A stretch of 64,000 nt of DNA from NCBI GenBank assembly GCA_964234715.1, contig OZ174286.1, one strand, 5' to 3'. Shown one piece after another: positions 10,374-22,663 of this stretch. The first letter of the stretch is position 1; each line of letters opens with the position of its first letter. This stretch comes from Podarcis melisellensis (lineage: Eukaryota). Under the pieces are notes generated by a model. That model was not told the origin of the DNA and did no database searches. It worked only from the letters and a program-made list of their open reading frames with translations. The translations under genes were made by a program, and so were the position numbers.

Positions 10374-11901
10374 TACTGCTTATATTAACTGCCTAGGTAT
10401 TTCTAACCCAATTTCAGATGCTGATCTTGACCTCTAAAACCATGCACTTTACAGTCGGTGTGACATAGTTGGGTAGTATGTTGGACTAAGACCCGGGAAA
10501 CCAGGGTTCAAATCCCTATGTAGCTCATTGGATGAACTGTCTTCCAGTTTCGTGATAGTTTTATTTCTCTGACAAAAGGCCTTTTCCCTCTCTCTTTCTT
10601 AGAACACTTTTAATTCTTAATTTATTTTTTTTACATCCTCATAATTTGGCTATGTGTGTTGAGCTTACCTCCTCAGTTCAAAGTGGCTGAGGGTGATGCG
10701 TGTGTTTCTTTCCATTAAGTCTTTACTGTAAAGGCCTTCAGTAACTTGAGTAGGGGGGAAATGAATTGAAGGACTGTGGATTTAGACTTGGGCATGAGAA
10801 AGAATCATAGTCATATTTTTATGAGGTTTTTCAATATATAAAAAATTCTTAGAATTTATGCATAAGACTCTTCCAGTTATCTCTTCCTGCCTTCTACATG
10901 TGCTAGGAGGCATGGCACAATGGGAAGTGAGATTAACTAGCTCTCTGTAAGTTGTAGCATCCTGCACAATAATAGCACAATCACTTTCTGTGCACTGGAT
11001 GTCCCTTGGGCGCTCGCTTTGCATGCAAAACGTTCTCACCAAGTTAATTAAATGAAGTGCTCTTCAGATTTGTCAAATCTTGATGAGTGAAAATGCTTAA
11101 ATTTTTTTTAATAAAGCATTTAAGTAATGTTTTAATCAGCTGGAGTTTACAGCTTTTGTTTTAATAGTGCCTGGCTGGAAAAGATCAATGGTTATTTTAT
11201 TCTGTAAAATCTTTACTGGATGGCATAATAAGCATCAGTCTTAAAATCTGCAGTTTAAATATGGATGGCGGTTATTAACCTGTTCTTTAAAAGCTGCAAT
11301 TAGTCAAAAGCAACCGCTTAAAGAAATGACTTAATTACTCCAAGCAGAAAGGTTAAAAGAGTAAAAACTGGGGTGGGGGTGAGTGGGAAACCACAATGTA
11401 GTTGTTGCTGAGACAAGCATATGCACAGTCTATTTTTTATTTTTGTAAAAAAAGAAAAAAGTGGGTGTTCTTTATGCTTTACAGTTTAATTTGTATAAAT
11501 ATAATTGTTTGTGGACTATAAACGTCCAGAGACTGCACAGAAATAACTTAGGGGGCCACAGTCCTAGCCTGAACAGGGGGGGGGGGGCAAGTCATTCAGG
11601 ACCATTCTTATTTACCAATTTCTCTGTGGCCGGGGGAGGCCCAGGTTAAACAGGATACCATCCAGAAAACCTCTTTCATTGCATTCAGATGATTGTACAA
11701 AACTCCAGGACTTCTCACTCTTTCTCATTTCACACAGGAAGTCCTTATTTTGTGTCAGATGCTAATATAAGAATATAAGAGCTAGCTGAATCATGTGATC
11801 TGGCATGCTGTTTTCGCGGTGGCTGAACTCACCCCTCTGTCTCAGGAGTGGCTTGTCAAAAGACGGGGTGGCATGTTTTCTGATTCTAAAGTTAAACTAT
11901 A

Positions 11902-12126
11902 CAGGGGTACCTTGGGTTAAGTACTTAATTCATTCCAGAGGTCCGATCTTAACCTGAAACTGTTCTTAACCTGAAGCACCACTTTAGCTAATGGGGCTCC
12001 TGCTGCCGCCACGCCACCAGAGTACGATTTCTGTTCTCATGCTGAAGCAAACTTCTTAGCCTGAGGTAATATTTCTGGGTTAGCGGAGTATGTAACCTAA
12101 AGCGTATGTAACCTGAGGTACCACTG
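11902..12126 (-). mobile_element. Tc1/mariner-type MITE (226-bp family)
   Basis: TA-flanked TIRs, same internal sequence. Confidence 0.9.
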
Positions 12127-12605
12127 TACTTGAGATGCTTACTGCATTGCCCTCTGGTTTAGGGCTTATGTGACATCAAGGCCCCTTCAGCAGAGACCCT
12201 AAGTCCCAAAATCTAGCACACGGACTTTGGAGTTCTAGTAAATAGCAAAGTAGATCCTGCAGGCCCAGAATCTGCCCATCTCTGAGAGAGAGATATGCCT
12301 GAGATATGCATTAGCCTGCATCTCAAAATTACTTGAAATATTTAAGCGTCTTCTCTTCCCACTGGCATGATCCGTGGTTGTTTGAGTTCCTCAAGTGACA
12401 CATTGTTAGGAACACATTCGTCTTGAGTCCCTTCCTGGTGTGAACTAAATAAAATATGTTTGTATTGTCTACCCTGCAGCGATCATATGTACACAGTGGG
12501 AGACAGACTTATATAATAGAAGATAAATTTAGAATTCCAGACCTTGTACAACTTGAAAATTTGAAGAATCGGATACAGGTATCCAAGTACAGAATGCCAA
12601 TAGTG

Positions 12606-12610
<5 letters not shown>

Positions 12611-12643
<33 letters not shown>
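12611..12643. repeat. (TG)n microsatellite
   Basis: About 16 TG units. Confidence 0.95.
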
Positions 12644-12647
<4 letters not shown>

Positions 12648-12715
12648 CACTGATTGACTGTTTAGAATTAATGAAAGTGGAGTCTGGATTATTCCCTTAT
12701 TGTCACTTCCATGTA

Positions 12716-12941
12716 CAGTGGTACCTTGGGTTAAGAACTTAATTCGTTCTGGAGGTCTGTTCTTAACCTGAAACTGTTCTTAATCTGAAGCACCACTTTA
12801 GCTAATGGGGCCTCCTGCTGCCACTGCGCCGCTGCTGCACGATTTCTGTTCTCATCCTGAAGCAAAGTTCTTAACCCGAGGTAATATTTCTGGGTTAGTG
12901 GAGTCTGTAACCTGAAGCGTCTGTAACCCGAGGTACCACTG
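12716..12941 (-). mobile_element. Tc1/mariner-type MITE (226-bp family)
   Basis: TA-flanked TIRs, same internal sequence. Confidence 0.9.
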
Positions 12942-13189
12942 TATTTAAAATGCTTAAATGTGGTGATTGATATTGACAGTGAAGCAGTTCATGATAGGTG
13001 ATCTAAATGGTGACATACTTTATTAAAATCAGATTGTATTTAGAATACATTATTCACATTATTTGAATGTTAACTATATATATTTGAACTTTTAGTAGGT
13101 TTTGTGTTGTAATTTTCATAGTAACATTTCAGAGGGATTTTCATTTTCATTTTAAATATGAGAAGCAATGGCTGCTTCCCACCTATATT

Positions 13190-13572
13190 CAGTGCTATTT
13201 TTCTAGAAAAAACAGGTGCCAGAGCTCACTATGGGTGTTATGTACTGAAGTTCTCACCCAGGGCCAGCAGGGGGATACTGTAGATAGTTATGCAAATGAA
13301 GGATCAAAAGTGACGTTCAGTGATTGGATAGTTTTAGAAAGTTGTTACAGCAACGTTGTACTGGAGCTCTATATAAGCAGGCTGGCTGAACCCTTCAGTT
13401 CAGTTCAGTTCTGGCCTGTGAATAAACAAGAGCTGTTTGAAGAATCACTGTGTCGTCTGATATGTTCACCCACAACTTAACAATGAACTTCTCCCTTGTT
13501 CTCTTAGAATGGCAATGGTGCCTGCCTGAGAGTTGCCAGAACTGAGTTCCGGCTGGGGGGGGGGGAGCCCTG
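13190..13572. mobile_element. hAT-type MITE interrupted by a solo LTR
   Basis: cagtgct...agccctg with 8-bp TSD cctatatt / cctatatc; a relative without the LTR lies at 31876-31980. Confidence 0.75.
13236..13482 (+). mobile_element. Compact solo LTR with promoter and poly(A) signals
   Basis: TGTTA...TAACA; ATGCAAAT 13290-13297, TGACGT 13311-13316, ATTGG 13323-13327, TATATAA 13370-13376, AATAAA 13421-13426. Confidence 0.85.
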
Positions 13573-14199
13573 CCTATATCACAGATATTTCTATTAGCAC
13601 TGAATCCACACAGTTGTAAACATTCTGTATCAATCGTAACATATGTAATTTCTGTACCTGCCCTTTATATGTTTTCTACCCGGCACCCTCTTAAGTTTTT
13701 TACTACCATGGCTTCCAAGCACATTTTGAAGGGAGGGAAAGTAATCATTGCAATGACATTTATAGAAAAGCAATTTGGCTACACCTGTGAGAGAAACTGC
13801 TATGGTGGCATTTACATAAGGTCGTTCCATCTCATAGCCATGGAATACAAACAATAGGGTATTCTGAAGATTTATTTATAAAGAATAATTCGGTTGTGTG
13901 CTTCTAGTGATAGCACCCTGGATGCTTTTTCAAGTACAATTCAAAGAGCTGATGACATAGTTGAAATGACACCTTTGATACTGTTACTTGCAGGATGTAC
14001 CCAGGTAATGTGCTGCTTTAAAGTGACATGCATTCACTGAGAATAAAACCTGAATAAAACTCGAAATGAACCCTGCTGCTGTCTGTAGAATTCAGATAAG
14101 ATTTATAGAGATATACAAAACATTTATATTACTTCAAAGATGCAAAGAAGTTGCCAAACATCTAATGTAGAAAAATGTAATTTATTAAAACTGCTATTA

Positions 14200-14554
14200 A
14201 AGGTAAAGGTAAAGGGACCCCTGACCATTAGGTCCAGTCGTGGCCAACTCTGGGGTTGTGGCACTCATCTCGCTCTATAGGCCGAGGGAGATGGCGTACA
14301 GCTTCCGGGTCATGTGGCCAGCATGACTAAGCCGCTTCTGGCGAACCAGAGCAGCGCACGGAAACACCGTTTACCTTCCCGCCAGAGCGGTACCTATTTA
14401 TCTACTTGCACTTTGACGTGCTTTCGAACTGCTAGGTTGGCAGGAGCAGGGACTGAGCAACAGGAGTTCACCCCGTCATGGGGATTCGAACCGCTAACCT
14501 TCTGATCGGCAAGCCCTAGTCTCTGTGTTTAACCCACAGCGCCATCCGCATCCC
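14200..14554 (-). mobile_element. Sauria SINE, full length
   Basis: Reverse complement of the family sequence; perfect 13-bp TSD aaaactgctatta at 14187-14199 and 14555-14567. Confidence 0.95.
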
Positions 14555-14699
14555 AAAACTGCTATTAGTTTCCTAATAATAATTAGATGGAAGGTGAGTT
14601 AGTGTGGTCTAGTCACTAGAGTTATAACTAGGGAGCTATGATTAGGGAGATCTGGAGGCAAATCTCCAGTCAGCCCTGAAACTCAGCCGTGGCCTGTTG

Positions 14700-15035
14700 C
14701 TGGCATCCTTCTGTATCAAGAGACAATGGAGTGTTCCTCCAGGGGTAAAGTCAAACTGCTGTGTTAGCAGCATTGAAGTGACCTCCCTGGGGCGCAAGCG
14801 TGGGCAGGGTGTAGGAAGGTCCTGGGGTGCCCAGATGACAAGACCCTCCTCTCAGCCTTGCTGATGTGGTCCAAAGCATACAAGGTATACAAGGTACCAT
14901 CCAACTGTCTTAGGGACTCCACTCTGGATTTGTGTAGGGTTTGCTCTTTAGCCCTTTCTTCTCCCTATCCTGCAAGGTAGCAGAGGTTTAGGATCAGAGT
15001 TTTCCTTCTCTTGGATGGGCTACCTTCCCAGGTTG
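14700..15035 (-). mobile_element. Probable RTE-clade LINE 5'-region fragment
   Basis: Minus strand contains caacctgggaaggtagcccatccaagagaaggaaaactctgat, a motif I associate with RTE 5' UTRs; no ORF support. Confidence 0.4.
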
Positions 15036-18027
15036 CTAAATTTGTATACTGCTCTTCATCTGTAGATCTCAGGGCGGTTCACAGCATAGAAATACAAGAT
15101 AAAAACACAAAATACATAATAAAAAACAAGGACAAGACAAACCAAAAGTCCCCTCCCCTTGCCCACTCTCTTTAATGTACCTCAGAGTTCTTGTGAGGAT
15201 AAAATGTATGTCATCAGCTCACTGGAGCATGGATATATAATACATGAAATGAGAGTTTTTCAGCACGCCAGTATTGGTGCCAATGTTGCTAAGATTCTGA
15301 AATGAAAAGAAAAGGCAAAGGAACACTGCCAAATCCAATCATTGCAGTGTTGTCCAACACACTGCAGCATTGGAACAGGGTTGCACAGGCAGTATAAGGT
15401 AACATGAAAGGGAAATGTCTAAAGGATTTAAAAAGGAAACACACACAATAAAGTAGATCCAGAGAAAGAAAAGCATAGGATGAAGACGGACAGACATTTT
15501 GGGTGTCAGAATTTGGGTCAGCAGCTTTAAACCATATTTTCCTGGTTTTAGCAGGAGAAACTGTGGTTCAGCATTCCACAATATATTTCTAATAATAATA
15601 ATAAATAATAATAATAATAATATCTTTATTGTCATTGCTCCCTTCTCAAAGATAGCCATGTGGCTCAGAGGGTGACAGAATGTGTGCTCCCACAGGGCCA
15701 GCCATAACAGATTGATTGCCCCTTCTGCTCCTCTCACTGCTGGTCTCTCCTTCCTTCCACCTCACTATGTGTCAGAGGCGGCCACAGGTATTCCATGCAT
15801 CGTGCTGAGAAAGGGGTCCTTTCTGAGAGAGACGTTAAGGGCAAGATCACCCAAAGTGCCAGCACCACTTTGCAACAATGGTGGCAAATTCCTGTAAAGG
15901 ACCAACCAAGTTTAAAGATCCTTGGGAGCAACGCAGCACCCCTGGTGGAGAGGAAGCAGCAGTTAGAGGAGCGAGAGGACTGGGAGAAGGACCAACAGTA
16001 ATGGTGGTTCTGGGAGGCGGTGAATGTTTGCTGTCTAAGGCAAGCCCAGTGTCGTTTCCTGGGTCTGCAGAGAGGTGTACCAAATGAAGGAGGGGAGGGG
16101 TGGAGGGGAGTGCATGGCCACAAATCATGGACATTTTTTTTTAGATCTGAACCAGATTATGCACTGTGTACAGAAGCATTTGTTCTCTTAGCAGAAAAAC
16201 CACATCAGCCACGCTTATATGGACACTTGTTACCCCTAGACTTTTATTTTCAAGCCAATGAGTTGCTCTAATAGAAACGGCTTGTATAATTGGTTTGAAA
16301 TGGCCGTTTCCCCACTTGTGTATGATGAGAGTGCTTGGTGTCTTCCTTTTTGCACCCCTTTGTATAATGATCCTGTGTAGATGTAGCTCTTGGTTTCAGC
16401 CAGTTGTGGGTATGGGTAAACGATACTTGAAAATCTAGAAGCTATCCCAATCCGTTTAGAAGGTGTATTTCAATACTCTGATTTCATGCAGTGCCTTGGG
16501 GGCCAAGGAGGCATACCTGTATATAAATACAAGTCCAGAAGAAGTAGCTCCAGATGTCTTTCCATCCTCAAACTTGATGAAAGTAAGTCTTCAATAGCAA
16601 TAGTCCACAGATCTCTGTTGGTAAAACAATGTAGGAGCATAACCAGCAATTCAGAAAACTCAGGTGGACAATCTCAACTTGTTTCCTTGTCCACTCTTGA
16701 ACTACCTTAGCATCCCTTCATTTAGACATCAAAAGATACAGCTAGATGAGTGGCTTAGAGGTTAATGGTGAAACAGAGTGCTGTTTCTTTAAGTTCTCTC
16801 AACCAAGGGGCAAGGCTTCTTCAGTCATAAGGTCTGAATAAACATAGGAAGGCTCAGTAGGGTTTTGTGTCGTTCTGCTCTCTAAGAACCATCCTGGTTT
16901 CTGTATATTTTTATTCTCCCACCTGATTTCCATCAGTCTACTGACTTGCTACCTTCTTCCATGTATATGTCCATGTTAACCTTGTATTAGGTATCTTTCC
17001 AGTTGATAACTGAAGCCCCAGGTGAAACACCTGTGGGCCCCACTCCTCCATGACAGGCAGCAGTAATATGCAGTATTTTAAGTCAGTCCATTCAGTTCAC
17101 AATGTGTATGTATTTACATGATTTAACATACCCAAGTGAACAATGGCTGGATTTCTTGCTCTGTTGGAAATACGGCAATCTTAGTTCTATGAGTCAACAA
17201 AACTGAATCACCTCCTGTGGGCTGTGGCTGTTGCGAGGAACAAAGGGGGGTGGATTGTAAATGACTATGTAGACTAAAATAGTGCTGTAAAATTATTCAT
17301 ATTGGTTTAAGAAGTGCCTTAATTATGTTATATTTATGAAAGCTCAGGTAACAAATTACACCTTTGCTTACAAAGCCATACAAAATTCTGGGTATGTGCA
17401 AGTTCAGCCATGGCTTTTGGATAAAAGAAGGGAAAACCTGCTGGAACTTAAGCCATCATATTTGGTATTGCAGAAAAGAAAATGCAATGTGACACATTTG
17501 GAAGAAACTTTTTTCTGCCTCCTTCTTCCCAATCTGTTCATTGTTGTTGTTGGAGGAATGTTGGCTTGAAATCTAATTTAATTCCATTTTTTTTTGTTTG
17601 TCTAATCTCCAGAGGCAAAAATATGAAATTATTCCACTTGTTCTTCGAACTTATCTCAAAACTGCACAAATAGAGCTCCATTTTTTTCTTTGGGAGAAGA
17701 AAAAGAGTTGCTTTTTATAAAGAGAATGAAAAAATATTGAAAAGAATAAGAAAAATGACTTCTTGGACAGAAAGTGGTTGTTGTGTACCCCAGAACAAAG
17801 GATCACACAATTGTTGTGGTCTTGAATACATTGACTTTTGAAAAAAGGAAAGGACTCAAAGAAATAAGTAGGAAATCCCTAGTAAACAGCACAGAGCAAA
17901 CAGCACAGAGCAAAATGTTCAAAGTGTGTAAGTGCCTAGCAGTTATGAGCAATGATGAAAACCAGTGGGATTTTAGGGAGCAGAGAACTGTTGGCTCACT
18001 TTGAAAATGTTATTTGTAGTACACAAA

Positions 18028-18366
18028 CCTGCAACATTTCTCCCATGAAACTAGGGACGTCCTCCTCCTCCTTCTCCTCTTCTTCTATTTATTAATACTC
18101 CACCCATTTGATTGGGTTGCCCCAGCCACTCTGGGAGGCTTCCAACATATATTAAAGCATTATAAAACATTGAACACTTATAAACTTAAAAACTTCCCTA
18201 TACAAGGCTGCCTATCTCCTTGGCTCAGGGTCGCATAACTCCATTGGCTCCAACATTAATCCAATGAAAATAGGGACGTCCTAAGGGAAATCGGGACATT
18301 CCGGGATCAAATCAGAAACTGGGACGGTTTCTATAAATCCGGGGCTGGCGACACTTGGAGGGTCTG
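18028..18366. mobile_element. Composite DNA-transposon-like repeat carrying an L2 3' tail fragment
   Basis: Duplicated unit caacatt...atgaaa(c/a)tagggacgtcct surrounding a minus-strand L2 3'-UTR segment. Confidence 0.55.
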
Positions 18367-21034
18367 AGACCTCTGTTTCAGAAAAGTCAGGCCTGCCAAC
18401 TGAAATGAGAGACTGTTTCAACTGAGCAAGAGAGTGAATGTTGTTTGTTCACAGTCTTTTGTTGGCATTGAAAGGGCTGCATGTATCCCACTCAACTGTG
18501 AACAGTCTATGAACAGATTTGCTCCTTTCATGAATACCTCAAAATGCCCAAAATGGATGCATGCTTTGCATGGGAGTGATAAAATGTTCAGGAAAAGCAA
18601 TCCTTTCCCATATCAATTTTGCCTCAGTCCTATCGACTTTTAGTACTTATTCCCCATTTCACATTGACCATCTATTCACATTCTCTGTGTTCTTGCCCAT
18701 CACATCCAGGACACAGATGGATTAATAGTTCAGCATTTCAAGAGCCTGAACGGTAGATGCTGAACATATTGTATGTAATAAATAGATGCTAATATATTTT
18801 ACTCTGTTAGCAAAATATGCAATCCAATACTGAGGGTGTGGACTTTGTTTTTCCATTTGTGAGCATAATCTACATGCTTATGGTTAAAACATGAAGGCTC
18901 AACTTGTTGAAATGCCATAATTCAACAGTAAGAGCTTCTCTAATGGATATAGTATTAGCCACAGATAGTTAAAAATGACAATGAGAATGCATTCAAAATT
19001 CAAAGAAACAAATATAAATGAACATGTGACTATATAATGTTCAAAATGAATCTGCTATATTTATATAACTGCATTAAAACATTCATATTGGTTGACTTGT
19101 CAACACATAAATCTGTGTTATGCTGTATGGTACTTTAAAGTTAGGTGTAGAGTTTCCATTGTGATCTCTACTTAATTTTAAGCCAGCTATGTTTGTCTTT
19201 TTATAGTGGGGGATTGTTAATCATATTTGCATCAAAGTACAATACCTTTCTTAAAGAATCATACAGTAGAGTCCTTAAGTTGTATTCAAATAGAATACAA
19301 TAAATATGCAAAGGCAATATGGACATAAAGTCTTGCAGTCATAATGTCAAAAAGCATCACCTCCGCCATCTGCCTTGCAAATATTTCTCTCTCTCCTCCT
19401 CCCCCACCCCGCAGGATTAGATTAGGAGAATGACAGGGCCTATTCACTGTCATGTAATAAGAGTTGAGTAACTCTTGAATTAAAGTTACTCTTCCACAAA
19501 CAAGCATTACAAAGTGGGAGATAAATGGAATGTTTCTGACATTTTCCCAGAAGTGCATTTAAAACATAGAGAGATGTGTTTTTTCCTCCATATGTTGTTG
19601 TCTTAACAAAGCTTTGTTAAAGTGTGTCTTTCAGAGAATGAAATCCTTTTAAGACAATGAATATTTTGTAGACTTAGAAGTTAGTACATCAAGTAAGGAA
19701 CTACAGAATGGGATTTATTAGAGGAAATAAACTGGTGTGCACTTTATCATTGAAGAAAGGATTGTGGAAATACCATACAATGTATATGCTTTATTAATGA
19801 ATGCACAACATTTCATCAGAAAGTACATCCCCTTTTCCAACTCTTTAGATTACAATTAGATGGAGGAAACAGGCATTCTCATGATACAGATTTTTATTTT
19901 TCATTCACTGTGTTTCAGAGTTCCGGGAATTTGTGTTCCAACTTTTCTTCCCTTTTCTATATAGTTTCAGAACAAGAACATGCACATCTCTTGGCCACAG
20001 TTCTGCAGCTCAGTTTTGTCCAAAAAAATGCCAGGGCTGGCTCTCTGTAGAGAAGATTCAAAAGAGGTAGGGACTAATTTTGGAAGTCTGCTGATTGGAG
20101 AAGTAAGTCTGCTTCCTCTGAACAATGTTGTTCTATTTGTAGCTATTAAATAGTCATTGACAGACCCATTTTCCATGAACTTGTCTCAACCTTTTTAAAG
20201 TTCGCTGTGGCCATCACAACTTCCTGTGGAAATGAATTCCTCAAATTAATTATTGTCTACATTAAGAAATCAAGCACCCGATCAATAAACCTGCTTATCT
20301 GTCAATTGAAGTAGAGGAAATTACTGGTCCTGTTCCATTGTCTTTGATGGCACTTGGTCTGCATGAGGAGCCTAGGGTTAAGACATACAGTACTTTGCAG
20401 ATATTTTAACAGCCTTAGTCTCTACAGTCCTATAAGTAATGGAGTTTTTTTGCCGCCTTGAAAGCAGCACTGCTTATAATCAGAGGAAGCTGGAGCTTAG
20501 CAGTCTCTGCATGCTGGCTTTTAGCTGAATACTCTAGAGCAAGCTACCTTTTTAACAGGATATCATCTCCTGACAATTTACTGCTAATATATATTTATAC
20601 CCTGCTTTAGAGTGATTTATTCAGTGTGGGAAGAAATAGCCGCAGCCAGGTTTTATGTGCTGCACTAATCTGTGTCAGAATAGCTGAACTAAAAGGCCAA
20701 TGTAGGTCAGAAACGAAAGGGAAAGAATCATAAAACATTTTCAGGGATGATGTGACACCTATCAGATCTTTATATTACCAAATAATTAATGATATGTAAA
20801 GAGAATGGCTGAAAGTATGTTATTCTTTCACCCTCAAAACTCTATAATTTTGGGCACTGATGAAATTCAGGACAGCCTAAATTTATGGTTTGGAATAGGT
20901 AAGAGGAAGCATTCCTTATGTTAAACACAAATATGTAATCTCACTGTATACAAGTTGTACAAGTGACAATAAAGTATTTCAATTTCAAATAGCTGCAAAA
21001 GAATCTGAGGAACATTGGGATTATAGTGGGATTA

Positions 21035-21260
21035 CAGTGGTACCACGGGTTACAGGCACTTCAGGTTACAAACTCCACTAACCCAGAAATAGTACCTCGG
21101 GTTAAGAACTTTGCTTCAGGATGAGAACAGAAATCACACAGTGGCAGTGCGGTGGCAGCGGAAGGCCCCATTAGCTAAAGTGGTACCTGAGGTTAAGAAC
21201 AGTTTCAGGTTAAGAACGGACCTCCAGAACGAATTTAGTTCTTAACCAGAGGTACCACTG
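21035..21260 (+). mobile_element. Tc1/mariner-type MITE (226-bp family)
   Basis: TA-flanked CAGTGGTACC...GGTACCACTG. Confidence 0.9.
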
Positions 21261-22034
21261 TATAGACTCTCGATACAAGAAGGGCCAATAAATTTATCCA
21301 GTGGGTTAAAGGAAAGGCAAATATTCAGGGCCACTTGTCCATGTGATGTGCAAGAGAAATTCCTTTGAATCACAATATGGTAGTCGGTAAGACCTGAACT
21401 CTGTCGTTAACACTGAGCACCTCATGTGTTCAGTACCAGTTGGTCTAAACAAGACTAGTGGTAAAGTGCCTGTGGCAACCCTTCAAAGCCTGTTGAATAT
21501 CTTTTTTTATTATTCATACAGACAGGACTTCCCAAAGAGCTGGTACCAGCGGTGCCTATGTCAGTTTTGCAAAACAGCAAAATAATATTTTATATTGTTT
21601 TTACAGTATAGGCTTTTCCCATCATCTTTGATTTTATAAAATGGTTGTACTTAATCTTCAATTTTAAAAAAATATGAAGCAAGCATTTTTGCAAATAATA
21701 AATATGAAGAGCAATATAGAGTAATATAGTAATATAATGTAGTGTATATTATAGTAATATAATACTGTATAGAGTAATTCGATACGAGAATACACCCTGT
21801 TTTTTATGTCTTTTTATCCGTAATATGCTAAAAACGGCAGCAACCCCCTCAAAATAACCTTCCATTTGGAGATCAACTGGAAACTTCAGCATGGTGATTC
21901 CATGTGGGAGCCATAATATGAATCACCAGTTACCGTGTGGATCTTCCACTTTGTGTAGGGCGATTCCTCAAAATTAACATAGTCTGCAATCCTGAACCAG
22001 GGACTCGATGGAACCTCATTCTGAGAATTACACT

Positions 22035-22166
22035 ATGTTATCTGAAGAAGTGTGCATGCACACGAAAGCTCATACCAAGAACTAACTTAGTTGGTCTTTA
22101 AGGTGCTACTGGAAGGAATTTTTTTTGTTTTGACTATGGCAGACCAACACGGCTACCTATCTGTAA
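22035..22166 (+). mobile_element. Short Penelope-type element beginning with a hammerhead ribozyme motif
   Basis: Perfect 14-bp direct repeat ctgagaattacact at 22021-22034 and 22167-22180; body nearly identical to the arms of 5527-5749. Confidence 0.82.
22039..22074 (+). ncRNA. Minimal type I hammerhead ribozyme motif (Penelope-type)
   Basis: TAT-CTGAAGA-A-GTGTGC-AT-GCACAC-GAAA-GC-TC-ATA; core identical to the 5655 copy. Confidence 0.78.
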
Positions 22167-22582
22167 CTGAGAATTACACTGTTAAGCGTGCTTTATTTTG
22201 TAGCTGTAGCTTGCATAAGTCACCAGTTATAGATTGCCACTGCAACCATAATACTGCAAGAAAGTATTGCCCATAAGAAAGACTTGTGTGTGTTGAGGTT
22301 CTGGGAAGGGCTTTCCCATAAATTAATAGCTTTAATCACCATGGTTTATTGTGATGGGAATGAGTGTAGTCTCACTGCAGACCCATGCACTTCCTCCTCC
22401 TCTGCAGGCACAACTGCAAAGAGGTGATAAGAAGCTTAATCTTCTGAGTTTGAGCTAATCTGTTTCACATCGTGTCTAAGCACTTACCTATGGTTTATTG
22501 AAGCAAGGCAGTCTTGTAAACCAGGATTCAAAGCTCTCTTGTTTCAACCAAATCATGGTCAATAAGAACCAGGTTTTTTTGT

Positions 22583-22663
22583 TCAGGTAGGTAGCCGTGT
22601 TGGTCTGAGGCAATCAATATATATATATATATATAAACTAAGTTTGTTCTGGGTATAAGCTTT
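22583..22663 (-). mobile_element. Degenerate fragment of the same Penelope-type family
   Basis: caggtaggtagccgtgttggtctg ... aactaagtttgttctgggtataagcttt with an internal (AT)n; ribozyme core lost. Confidence 0.6.

Noticed and set aside
21570-22020. Possible L1-type ORF2 C-terminus and 3' UTR on the minus strand (similar hints near 37600-37950 and 40900-41250)
   Set aside because: Too decayed to support a family call by eye.
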